Below, piece after piece: positions 29,409 to 38,088 of a DNA stretch of 64,000 nucleotides (position 1 is its first letter; the number at the start of each line of letters is the position of its first letter). The position numbers and the translations under genes were made by a program. Origin of the DNA: Vampirovibrionaceae bacterium NZW_1234 (lineage in GTDB: Bacteria > Cyanobacteriota > Vampirovibrionia > Vampirovibrionales > JAGQHJ01); NCBI GenBank assembly GCA_041697335.1, contig JBGUGD010000030.1, forward strand, positions 160,001-224,000, in the 5' to 3' direction. A model generated the notes under the pieces. That model did no database searches, was not told the origin of the DNA, and saw only the letters and a program-made list of their open reading frames with translations.

Positions 29409-30761
29409 ATGTACCAACGAACAGCCACGGTTAAAGTGGGTTTGTTGACCATCATCTCTCTGGCAGTATTGATCACCACCGTTATTTGGTTGCGTGGACG
29501 CAGCTTGGGCGGGGGGCAAAGTTTTGAAGTGCTTTTCAGAGATGTGGATGGCATGCGTGAAGGGGCTTCAGTTCAGTTTATGGGGATTCGGGTTGGGTTT
29601 GTGGATCAGGTGGTCCCATTTCAGCTGAGTGATAAGAAATACCGGGTTCGGGTGAAGTTTACCGTCACTGAACCTCGGGTTCATATTCCCAAGGGGTCCA
29701 CGATTTCACTGCAACAGTCTGGGATTATCGGGGAGAAGTTTGTTGAAATTACACCGCCCCGGCCTCGTATTCGGGAAATTACATTATCCGAACGTGATGA
29801 GGCCATTACTCGCAATATGCCTATTAAGGTGAAATTCAAGAATGGTCTGATGCAGGTGGGCTATGTCATCGGGGCCTCTGTAGACGAGGTGCGTACTATT
29901 GCCCATCCGAACCCCGATTATGTCTATCAGATTCAGTACGTCATTAATAAGCCAGGCTACTTGGCGCCCTCTGAGCCGGAATTGAAGGTGATTCATCCCC
30001 AAAGTGGTCAGGCTTATATGGTTATGGAAGATCTGTTGGCCAGCTTTCAACACAGCCCTCAGTTGGAAACCTACTTTACGCTGGAAGAGCCGCTGCGACT
30101 CAAAGAATTCTTGGAAATGCAGTTGGCCTCTGCGGAATCGCTGAAGATGACCAACGATAAAATCAACAAATTGTTGTCCGATGAAGCCATTATGTCCTTG
30201 CAGACAACATTTAAAAACTCTGAGCAGCTGACGGCTCAAGCTTCCAAGGTTTTGGCCCATGCCAATTCCCTGTTTTCGACCACCTCCCAAGACCTTCACA
30301 CACTGGTGGCATCCACCCAGCATTTGACGAACAATGTGGTGGCAGTTAGCCAGAATATCAATGAGGTGGTTGGCGATCCTAAGCTGAAAGCCAATATTAT
30401 GAAGACGGTCGATTCCATTGAGCAATCCAGCACCGCGTTGAACAATATTCTTCAAGATCCGGCCCTGAAGCTCCTGATTTCCGATGCCCAGGTGACATCG
30501 CAAAATGCGGCTCAGTTAATGACCTATCTTCGGCAAACGGCTGTGGATAATGACCTGCAGGGGCGTTTGAATGAATCCTTGACCTTGTTGAATTCTTCTC
30601 TGGTCCGGTTGAATACCGTAATGGGCGATGTGGAAACGGTGACGGGGGATAAGGCCAGCTTGCAGTCCATTATTCAGGAAACCCGTGAAACATCGCAAAA
30701 CCTCAATCGATTTTCAGAGCGTCTCAATAAACGCTTCCTGCTGTTTCGCCTCTTATTTTAG
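29409..30761 (+). CDS. MlaD/MCE family protein with long coiled-coil C-terminus
   Basis: N-terminal TM, FRDVDGMREGASVQFMGIRVGFV, GIIGEKFVEI. Confidence 0.88.
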   Translation: MYQRTATVKVGLLTIISLAVLITTVIWLRGRSLGGGQSFEVLFRDVDGMREGASVQFMGIRVGFVDQVVPFQLSDKKYRVRVKFTVTEPRVHIPKGSTISLQQSGIIGEKFVEITPPRPRIREITLSERDEAITRNMPIKVKFKNGLMQVGYVIGASVDEVRTIAHPNPDYVYQIQYVINKPGYLAPSEPELKVIHPQSGQAYMVMEDLLASFQHSPQLETYFTLEEPLRLKEFLEMQLASAESLKMTNDKINKLLSDEAIMSLQTTFKNSEQLTAQASKVLAHANSLFSTTSQDLHTLVASTQHLTNNVVAVSQNINEVVGDPKLKANIMKTVDSIEQSSTALNNILQDPALKLLISDAQVTSQNAAQLMTYLRQTAVDNDLQGRLNESLTLLNSSLVRLNTVMGDVETVTGDKASLQSIIQETRETSQNLNRFSERLNKRFLLFRLLF

Positions 30762-31013
30762 CCGGCGAATCCATAACCGATGGGCATGGGGATCTTCGGC
30801 CAAGGGTTCCTGTTTGACGATGGCATGGCCTTCGGCTTGAATGCTTTTGGGAATGTTCATTACCGAATCCGAATCGGCGCTAATCCATACTTCGAGGATG
30901 CTGTTGAGGGGCAGTTTTTCTAAAGCCAAGCGGGTTTTTACAAAATTCAGGGGGCATTTGGTGGTGCGAAAATCAAGAACCTCACAGGGCCTTTCCTCAG
31001 AAAGAAAGCTCAT
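30753..31013 (-). CDS. TusA-family sulfur carrier
   Basis: LDFRTTKCPLNFVKTRLAL (CPxP-like), ILEVWI. Confidence 0.8.
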   Translation of the reverse strand: MSFLSEERPCEVLDFRTTKCPLNFVKTRLALEKLPLNSILEVWISADSDSVMNIPKSIQAEGHAIVKQEPLAEDPHAHRLWIRRLK

Positions 31014-31288
31014 GGCGTATGGCCTCCGGGGCAAAAGCAGCTTTTATCCAGAATGCGAGGGCAGGGCTTATAGTCAAAATTATCCCATGGCGTCTTAAAG
31101 CATTCGCGCGCTTCGACATAATCCAAAATCCAATGATAAAACGCTTCGGGTGTTTGGCCCTCTTGTGCCGCCAAACACTCCAGACAGTACATATCTTCAA
31201 TGTTATCCAGCACCAGATTCATGACCTGGATTCGTTCGCAGTAGGGGCGACCGCAGGCGTCACATGGGTAGTCAAAGAAATCGCTCAT
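31010..31288 (-). CDS. Small Cys-rich metal-binding hypothetical protein
   Basis: 9 Cys in 92 aa (CDAC..C, CLEC, C, C, CFC); ATGA-coupled to the TusA-like gene. Confidence 0.7.
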   Translation of the reverse strand: MSDFFDYPCDACGRPYCERIQVMNLVLDNIEDMYCLECLAAQEGQTPEAFYHWILDYVEARECFKTPWDNFDYKPCPRILDKSCFCPGGHTP

Positions 31289-31358
31289 GGGGCTGCTTTA
31301 TTGCCGTGGGCCTTTGTCGTACCATTTTGGGCAACGTCAGCAATTCATGGAGACCACC

Positions 31359-32750
31359 ATGGTCGAAACCTCTGATACCACCCGCATTGCCTATATAGCT
31401 GTGGACGATACCACCGGCTTGTTGCCCGCAGTTTCGAGTTTACAGGAGCAAGGCTTTGTTTTCAATGGGCCGGCCTACATGATGGGCTGGTTTGAGGCCC
31501 AAGGTATTCCGTTTCAGCCCCTGCCGATGAGTGCGATTTTGACCACCCTGGACGCCCATTCGGCAAAATCTGTGGCCTGGATCTTTATCCTTCATGGGGA
31601 GGCTTCTGCCGCCCATGGCGAACATGCCCATTTGATGGCATTAACGACCTTTGTGCAGGTTCAGGCCTTGCCAGGCGTATGGTTGTTGACGCAGCCGGCA
31701 CAGTATCGTTATCTGACTGTTCCAAATCTGCAGGAATCAGAACAGTGGGGACGGGTCAGTCGGCAGCTATACCAGGAGGTGCATCCAGGCGAGTCCTTGA
31801 CGTTGGTTAAAAAAGCGATCCCGGGTGCCGTTACTTCCGGGGTTTATACAGCCAATCCCGCCTGGCTGGATGCGATTCGGGTGCTTCCAAACGCAAGTGG
31901 TATGAGGCGTTTGAGTCAAGCTCAGCTTCGCCATGTGTTGTTGGGCACCCATTTATTGGTTCAGGCCGGGCGAACGGAAGGGATTTTTCCAGCCCAGGCC
32001 TACTTGTTGCATCATGGTGTGCCGGTGCAAATGGCATGTCACCCAGAAAATCTGGAGACGGCTATGACGCATGTGCTATTTCAGAACAGTCTTCAAACGC
32101 CTGGGGCAACCCTGGTGACATCACAGGCCATATCGCCGGAGATGGTTTCCCAAGCAGTATCTGCGGGTGTCTTGGTATTCGTGGCGCCGCATTGGGAGGA
32201 GGCTTCCTTGGTTCGTCTTTCAGGAAGGGCTGTTGGCGTTTTGTTTGATGTGAGTCAATTGCAACTTGGTTCGGCAGAATTGATGCCCTTAGGTCCGTCA
32301 ACGCTGATGTATCGGGCTTCGGGGGTTGATGCTCATCAAGTGCTTTGGCAGACAGCGAAGAAGCCGAGTGCTGAAGAGCTTCAGGATTTGGAGCTGGGCC
32401 TGGTTTTGGCCGAACAAATGGTTGGTAGCAGCGTCACCTTGATCAAAAAACAAACGACACTGGCCGTGGTGACGGGTCATGCTTTGCCTGTCGATGCTGC
32501 TGAGTTGGCGATTTCCCACGCCTCGGGTGAAACCGATGGGGCGGTCTGTGTGGTTACTGGCGATGTTCTCTCTCCTTCGCTTCTGGATATTTTGATTCAA
32601 GCCCGCGTGGCTGGGGTCTTGTTCTATCATGCCGAAGGATATGATGAGGTTACTTTAAAGACCTTAAAGGATCTGCCATTCTTTGTTGGGTGTTATACCG
32701 AACCTGAAGGCGTCCAAGCCTTACAACCTGCGGGGGTGCGCCATGGGTAG
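31359..32750 (+). CDS. Highly diverged PurH (AICAR transformylase/IMP cyclohydrolase)-like protein
   Basis: RIAYIAVDDTTGLL resembles RALLSVSDKxGI; PSAEELQDLELG, PVDAAELAI and GAVCVVTGD align with the PurH C-terminus; catalytic motifs eroded. Confidence 0.6.
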   Translation: MVETSDTTRIAYIAVDDTTGLLPAVSSLQEQGFVFNGPAYMMGWFEAQGIPFQPLPMSAILTTLDAHSAKSVAWIFILHGEASAAHGEHAHLMALTTFVQVQALPGVWLLTQPAQYRYLTVPNLQESEQWGRVSRQLYQEVHPGESLTLVKKAIPGAVTSGVYTANPAWLDAIRVLPNASGMRRLSQAQLRHVLLGTHLLVQAGRTEGIFPAQAYLLHHGVPVQMACHPENLETAMTHVLFQNSLQTPGATLVTSQAISPEMVSQAVSAGVLVFVAPHWEEASLVRLSGRAVGVLFDVSQLQLGSAELMPLGPSTLMYRASGVDAHQVLWQTAKKPSAEELQDLELGLVLAEQMVGSSVTLIKKQTTLAVVTGHALPVDAAELAISHASGETDGAVCVVTGDVLSPSLLDILIQARVAGVLFYHAEGYDEVTLKTLKDLPFFVGCYTEPEGVQALQPAGVRHG

Positions 32751-33345
32751 ATTTGCTGGACGCCAAAGCAGACCTTATCTAAAAGCGGCTTTGTTTATTG
32801 GCTGCATCACCACGAGCCTTGTATTCGTTGGGTGTAAGCAAGACAAGGCCGTCTATCAACCTGCGGTGGCTAAGTTGGTTCAGTCTGCTGATGCCCTGAA
32901 GAAAGCCAATCGTGTGGATGAAGCGATTTGCCGTCTTCATGCGGCAGTCGATATTTCTCCAGATACATTTCAGCTGCATTACAATCTGGGGGTATTGTAT
33001 TCTCAGGCCAACAGATGGGCAGAAAGTGCTGCGGAACTTGAAAAAGCCGTGAAGCTATCGCCCAATGACCCTAATGCGTGGTATACCTTAGGCTATGCGT
33101 ATACGGCCATGGGCGATCAGGCAAAGCGCCCGTCTCCTACAAATGGCTCTCAAGACATGGGTTCTGGACCACCTACGGGCCCTTCAGCTGAGATGTTAGC
33201 CATGGCACAGGCCTACTATCAGCAAGCCCTACAAGCATTTGATCGCTATATGGCTGTGGCCCCCCAGACCGATTCCGGACGGCAACAAGTTCAACAGCAA
33301 ATGCGCTATCTTCAGGCACAATTAGGCCAAGCTGCGGCCCATTAA
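32743..33345 (+). CDS. TPR-containing lipoprotein
   Basis: Lipobox FVGC; TPR units HYNLGVLY, AWYTLGYAY. Confidence 0.8.
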   Translation: MGRFAGRQSRPYLKAALFIGCITTSLVFVGCKQDKAVYQPAVAKLVQSADALKKANRVDEAICRLHAAVDISPDTFQLHYNLGVLYSQANRWAESAAELEKAVKLSPNDPNAWYTLGYAYTAMGDQAKRPSPTNGSQDMGSGPPTGPSAEMLAMAQAYYQQALQAFDRYMAVAPQTDSGRQQVQQQMRYLQAQLGQAAAH

Positions 33346-33445
33346 GTCTTTTTTGTCTTGCACTACACCATACACGGGGTCTAATCTGCGTTTGGCTCTG
33401 ATTGAAGCTGGTACATATTTCAACGTGAAATTGAGGATGTTGCTT

Positions 33446-33503
33446 ATTGCAAATTATTCTCAATTAAGATACACTTATTTTGTAATCGAGAATCATTCTC
33501 AAC
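33446..33503. promoter_or_regulatory. Two Fur-box-like operators
   Basis: 19-mers ATTGCAAATTATTCTCAAT (33446-33464) and ATCGAGAATCATTCTCAAC (33485-33503) resemble the 7-1-7 TGATAAT-N-ATTATCA Fur consensus. Confidence 0.6.
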
Positions 33504-33515
33504 TAGATTTTTATT

Positions 33516-33590
33516 TGACTGACATAGGGGCAGTTGACGACTCCTAAATGGGCTTTACCTCCTATACACAACTGCCCTATTTTTCTTTTT
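33516..33590 (+). ncRNA. Candidate iron-responsive small RNA
   Basis: Downstream of Fur-like boxes between convergent genes; stem ataggggcagttg/caactgccctat with loop containing two CTCCT motifs; ends in T-tract. Confidence 0.45.
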
Positions 33591-33662
33591 GTCAATTCAA
33601 TATGCCAAATTACTTCCCAGGCATGGCTGCCCAGGTTTCAGGGATAATCTTGCAAGCCAATT

Positions 33663-34787
33663 TTATGCTGGCTGATGCGATAGAAGGTGTTGATATTCTG
33701 CGCTGGTTAAAGGGGGGACAGCTGCTAAGGCTAAATTTTCTTCAACATGGTTTGCTTGTTTGTGACCCACGAGTGGGGCCGTGACGCCGGGTGTTGAACG
33801 GGCAATCTGAAGGCAGGTTTGGGCAGGCGTCAGATTACCAATGGGGTTGAGATCGGCATTGAGTAAATGTCCTTGCATCAGGGGGACGCTGGTGAAAATG
33901 GATAAACCCAAGGCTTGGGCGGCATGGAACAGTGGGGTCTGACTGCCTCGAACCGGCTGATTGGGGCTTAATAATGCTTCTAAAAAAGCAAAGTTAAAAG
34001 GCACCTGAATAAACCGAAATCCATGGTGGGTTCCGCCAACTTCCTGAGCTATCTGGATGACGCTTTCCAAATCCAAATAGCGCTCGGTTTCATCAGGCGG
34101 GAGTCGAAAACAGTCCCAAGTGGCCATACCATAGTAGCGAATCTGATTTTGGGCACGGGCAGACTCATAAAATGTAAATGCCTCGCGAAGGCGATTTAAA
34201 AACATATGTCGCCCTACGTGAGCCAATTGCGATTCTGCCGCATTGTGAAGATACATTAAATCAATGGTCTCCAGGCCCAGGTTTTCTCGGCTCTGGTTCA
34301 ATTGAAACTCAAGAAATCGAGGCGTCATGCTATGACAATTACCAACAATGTCCTCCGGTGTAATCACGCCACTATTCAGGTAAGTCTCAATGCAATAGGC
34401 TCGGTAGTCCGGATTATTATCGGCATCTGCTGTCAAATAACCATTCTTCGAGCACACAAACACTTCATCCCGTTGTACGGTACCGTTGGTAAATAGGGTA
34501 CTCAGCGCTTTTCCCAAAGAACGTTCAGATGCTTGGTGACGGTAATTAATGGCCGTGTCGAGAACATTGATGGCTCCTGAGGCTATTGAAGTGATGGCTG
34601 CTTCCATCATCTGCGTACTGGTTTGAATATCAATATCGCCTAAGTAGGTTCCCATCCCCAAACTCGTGAGCACCAAGCCTTGAGGGGTTTTTCGGAAATG
34701 CCCCTGAGCCACCTGGCTCTGTCCTTCATGCCGAGCTTGATAACGTTGGGTCCCTTCTGAGGTCGCGTGACCGCTCCATTGTGTCAT
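33663..34787 (-). CDS. Aldo/keto reductase
   Basis: LGMGTYLG, LDTAINY, VFVCSKNG, IDLMYLHN, FIQVPFN, SVPLMQG. Confidence 0.88.
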   Translation of the reverse strand: MTQWSGHATSEGTQRYQARHEGQSQVAQGHFRKTPQGLVLTSLGMGTYLGDIDIQTSTQMMEAAITSIASGAINVLDTAINYRHQASERSLGKALSTLFTNGTVQRDEVFVCSKNGYLTADADNNPDYRAYCIETYLNSGVITPEDIVGNCHSMTPRFLEFQLNQSRENLGLETIDLMYLHNAAESQLAHVGRHMFLNRLREAFTFYESARAQNQIRYYGMATWDCFRLPPDETERYLDLESVIQIAQEVGGTHHGFRFIQVPFNFAFLEALLSPNQPVRGSQTPLFHAAQALGLSIFTSVPLMQGHLLNADLNPIGNLTPAQTCLQIARSTPGVTAPLVGHKQANHVEENLALAAVPPLTSAEYQHLLSHQPA

Positions 34788-34882
34788 CGGTGCCAATCTT
34801 TCTTAAGGAGGACTGCTTTTTGTTTATCATACCGCAGTTCTGATAGATAAAAATTCTTGCCGCGAAAAACTACGTGTGACTC

Positions 34883-34920
34883 TCCTTGCGACAAACAACA
34901 CGAAACGCATGTCGCAAGGA
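34883..34920. terminator. Hairpin or possible terminator
   Basis: Perfect 11-bp inverted repeat tccttgcgaca...tgtcgcaagga downstream of the minus-strand gene ending at 34953. Confidence 0.45.
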
Positions 34921-34952
34921 CACAAAAATAATGCTGAGTAAGGATCCGTGAG

Positions 34953-35345
34953 TTAAATCACGATGTCTAATTTATTCCCAGACTCAGGTGTAGGTGCTTT
35001 CGGGGCCCGAAAGGTCACGGGCATATTATCTGACACGCGGGTTAATAATTCATCTACGTGAGAGACATCTGCACCACGGGCACCGTTAAAGGTTTTTTCG
35101 GAATTGGCCACGTAGGCAAAAGATACGCCAGCATTGGCCAGCGTTCTGGCGCTTTCCATATTCTGTTCTTTGGCGACTCTGGTTTTTCGACTGTCATCTG
35201 AGAATTGGATGACAAAGTGATCCTTGGGAATATTGTCGCCGGTTCGATTAACTTGCCATTGGGGAAACTGATCGGACAAGGCCATCGGTTTGACGGTTTG
35301 CCAGTGCGAATTATGGATCAGCGCTTTACCACGAAATTGAATCAT
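34953..35345 (-). CDS. Hypothetical protein (MIQFRG start, GNKLDIVI end)
   Basis: ORF with GAGGTGA RBS; no recognised domain. Confidence 0.65.
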   Translation of the reverse strand: MIQFRGKALIHNSHWQTVKPMALSDQFPQWQVNRTGDNIPKDHFVIQFSDDSRKTRVAKEQNMESARTLANAGVSFAYVANSEKTFNGARGADVSHVDELLTRVSDNMPVTFRAPKAPTPESGNKLDIVI

Positions 35346-35805
35346 AGCGGTTCACCTCACTATTCCCGTTTCTTCTTCCTGTGTTCCTGTTCGACTCGAA
35401 CTTATCGCCAAGATTGAATTCAAATTAATATTAAAAAATAGATGAACCAACCTAGTTATTGGCGACAGAGCATCCCCAGCGGGTCACCAGTCACATTTTC
35501 TAAAACCTTACGATTTAATCATATTTTGTCCATTCGATCAATACGCGTCATTGTTATGCGACGCGGAGCGAAAAATTTCGGTTGACATGACTGTCTGTGA
35601 TCGATAGGGTTAATACCGCCAATAGGCTTTTTAAGAGGAACCTTAGCTCTTCAAGTCGTGAAATAAAACTTTACTTGACATTGTGATAAGTAAGTTTGAT
35701 CATAAGTCAGTTATTATTCATATCACGAATAATAAATTAATTCTTTTCTATAACCTCTTAAACAGGCAGTATCGCATTAGGTAGTTGCAGAGTGAGATAG
35801 CAATA

Positions 35806-38058
35806 ATGAGAATAGCGAACTTAACTTCAGGGAATATGTTGCAGCGCACCAATCGGGGTGAGCAAGGTACAAAAAAAGTGGCACAGGGTAAACTGGGGAC
35901 TCAGTCTCCTTCGATGCCGACTGGCTATATGTCACTTTATGATAACGCTGGCCTTGCTGGGGTTCGATTCGGTGTTTCACTGAAAGGTGTTTTAAGTAAA
36001 TTCACCAACGCTGAATTTGATATTGCAGGCACCATGGCGCTTGAGCGCGAAGTGCCCATGCTGGACTACCTGAATGAGGTGGTGGATAAACCCGCTTTGC
36101 AGCGAAATACCAAACAGCGTATCTATGACATGATCACAGCCCGTGGAACGGACGATAAAAAAGTTCTGGGGCGTGAAGTGAAGACCTACAAGTTTTTTAC
36201 CGAACCTGACAATCCTGATGATGCCTTATTAGGTATGGAAGAACAGCTTCATACTGTTGTTGAACATTTACAGCAAGCAGCTTTGGGGACCGATGCCGGT
36301 AAAAAGCTTTTAATTCTGGTGGGTGGTCCTGGTAGCGGTAAGTCTACCGTCGCTCGGATTATTGTTCGAGGGTTGGAAAACTATTCTCGAACTGCCGATG
36401 GCGAACGCTACACGCTGAAATGGAAGTTACCTAAAGATGTGGCTCGCGCCATTGGTTTTGATAAACAGGAGTTTGTGGAAGAGGTCTACACTGATCCCGT
36501 CAAGCTGTTGCCTCTTGAAATGCGAAAAGATTTGGAAAAAACGTTAAACCGCAATAGCAAATTGCCCTATCCGATTAAGTTGTCCAAAGAAGGGTTACCA
36601 CCGGCCTCTCAAAAGCTTTACGACAAATTGCTGGCGTATGAAATTCAAAATGGTGGTCAAGATGGTGCTTTTGAGCGAGTTCTGCAAAAATATGCAATGG
36701 CCAAACGCTTTAAGGTCAGCTCTGTCCACCGGACCGGTTCGGGTAGCTTAGCCGCTGTTGATGGAAAGAGCTTAGACGTGACCCACATGTCCGGGGGCTC
36801 CAAAATGATTAAAGCGGCCACCTCCAGCGAAGGGGATCCGTGGGCCTATGATTTTGCCTCCGGTGAACTGTTTGCGGCTTCCGGTGGGGTCATGGAATTT
36901 ATCGAAATTCTGAAGCTGGATAAAGAGCACTTGTTGCCCATCTTGACGCTGAACGAAGAAGGCAAGGTGAAGCCCTCCAAGCAGCCACAGGTGGAAGTAG
37001 ACGAATTTGTTATTGCCCACACCAACTTGCCGGAATACGAAGCCAAGGCGGCTGATCCGGAAATGGCGGCAACCTGGGATCGGATGAAGATCGTTCGCTT
37101 CCCCTACAATACGGCAATTAGCTCTGAGCAGGCCATCTATGAGCGCAGCTTGCCTCTCTTGCATCAGCAAGGTATCAATGTTGCTCCGCATACGATGCGT
37201 ACGGCTTCCTTGTGGGTCATCTTGAGCCGACTGCTGCCAGCCAAGGATCGGAAGTTTGATCCCTTGACCAAAGCCCGTCTTTATAATGGCGAGCCGAATA
37301 AAGATATCGGGATGGCCGAAATTCGGGCCCTGAAAAAAGAAGGTGTGAAGGGCCGTGAAGGGATGGAAGGCATCTCGCCTCGGAAATTGAAAGATAACGT
37401 TATTCCGGCAATTATGACGCATCCGGATGTTCAGAAAACCAAATCCATTGATGGTTATGGTGTTTTGACCATTATTCGGGATAAGTTGGATTCCGGTGAA
37501 ATTGAGTTGGAAGGCGAAGTGAAAGACAAAGCCTACCAAAACCTGGAAATTGCTTTAAAAGATTTGGATGAGCACGTGAAAGAAGATGTCACGGAAGCCA
37601 TTGCCGGGGATCGGGATAACCTCAATGCCATCTTGGATGAATACCTGCGTAACGTGGAAGCCTTTGTGGATAAGAAAGATGTGAGCGATTGGCGTGGGAT
37701 TTCCTCTGGCCCCAGTGAACAGCTGATGCAATCCATCGAAAAGAAGATGGGGGTTTCCGACAATCGGACACACCGCCAAAAGCTGAATGCCATCTTAGGT
37801 TCCTATCGTCGTGATGGTAAGCCTATTGATCTGGATCTGTTCCCGGATATTAAAAAGGCCATTGTCCAACATGAGTTGGAACAATTGGAGCGCAACATTC
37901 CATGGAAGGCCTTGTGTACCACGGAGCCGTTGTCCACCAAGAAACAAGAAGATTATCGCCAGGGTGTCATTGGCAACCTGAAGAAAAAGGGGTACGACGA
38001 AGAGTCTGCACGTCACGCGCTGGCTCGGGTTGGTTCTCTGTTCAACACCAATAAGTAA
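35806..38058 (+). CDS. prkA: PrkA/YeaG-family AAA+ ATPase (serine kinase family) with N-terminal leader
   Basis: Walker A LVGGPGSGKST, DPWAYDFASGELFAASGGVMEFIEILK, VIAHTN, WDRMKIVRFPY, APHT, EGMEGISPR, C-terminal GYDEESA. Confidence 0.9.
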   Translation: MRIANLTSGNMLQRTNRGEQGTKKVAQGKLGTQSPSMPTGYMSLYDNAGLAGVRFGVSLKGVLSKFTNAEFDIAGTMALEREVPMLDYLNEVVDKPALQRNTKQRIYDMITARGTDDKKVLGREVKTYKFFTEPDNPDDALLGMEEQLHTVVEHLQQAALGTDAGKKLLILVGGPGSGKSTVARIIVRGLENYSRTADGERYTLKWKLPKDVARAIGFDKQEFVEEVYTDPVKLLPLEMRKDLEKTLNRNSKLPYPIKLSKEGLPPASQKLYDKLLAYEIQNGGQDGAFERVLQKYAMAKRFKVSSVHRTGSGSLAAVDGKSLDVTHMSGGSKMIKAATSSEGDPWAYDFASGELFAASGGVMEFIEILKLDKEHLLPILTLNEEGKVKPSKQPQVEVDEFVIAHTNLPEYEAKAADPEMAATWDRMKIVRFPYNTAISSEQAIYERSLPLLHQQGINVAPHTMRTASLWVILSRLLPAKDRKFDPLTKARLYNGEPNKDIGMAEIRALKKEGVKGREGMEGISPRKLKDNVIPAIMTHPDVQKTKSIDGYGVLTIIRDKLDSGEIELEGEVKDKAYQNLEIALKDLDEHVKEDVTEAIAGDRDNLNAILDEYLRNVEAFVDKKDVSDWRGISSGPSEQLMQSIEKKMGVSDNRTHRQKLNAILGSYRRDGKPIDLDLFPDIKKAIVQHELEQLERNIPWKALCTTEPLSTKKQEDYRQGVIGNLKKKGYDEESARHALARVGSLFNTNK

Positions 38059-38088
38059 CGCCTTTTTCAGCCAATCAGGAGAACGTTC

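Noticed and set aside
33353..33784. ORFs 33353-33547 and 33548-33784 as Fur targets
   Set aside because: The first spans the operators, the second runs through the terminator-like T-tract and overlaps the aldo/keto reductase gene; neither looks protein-like
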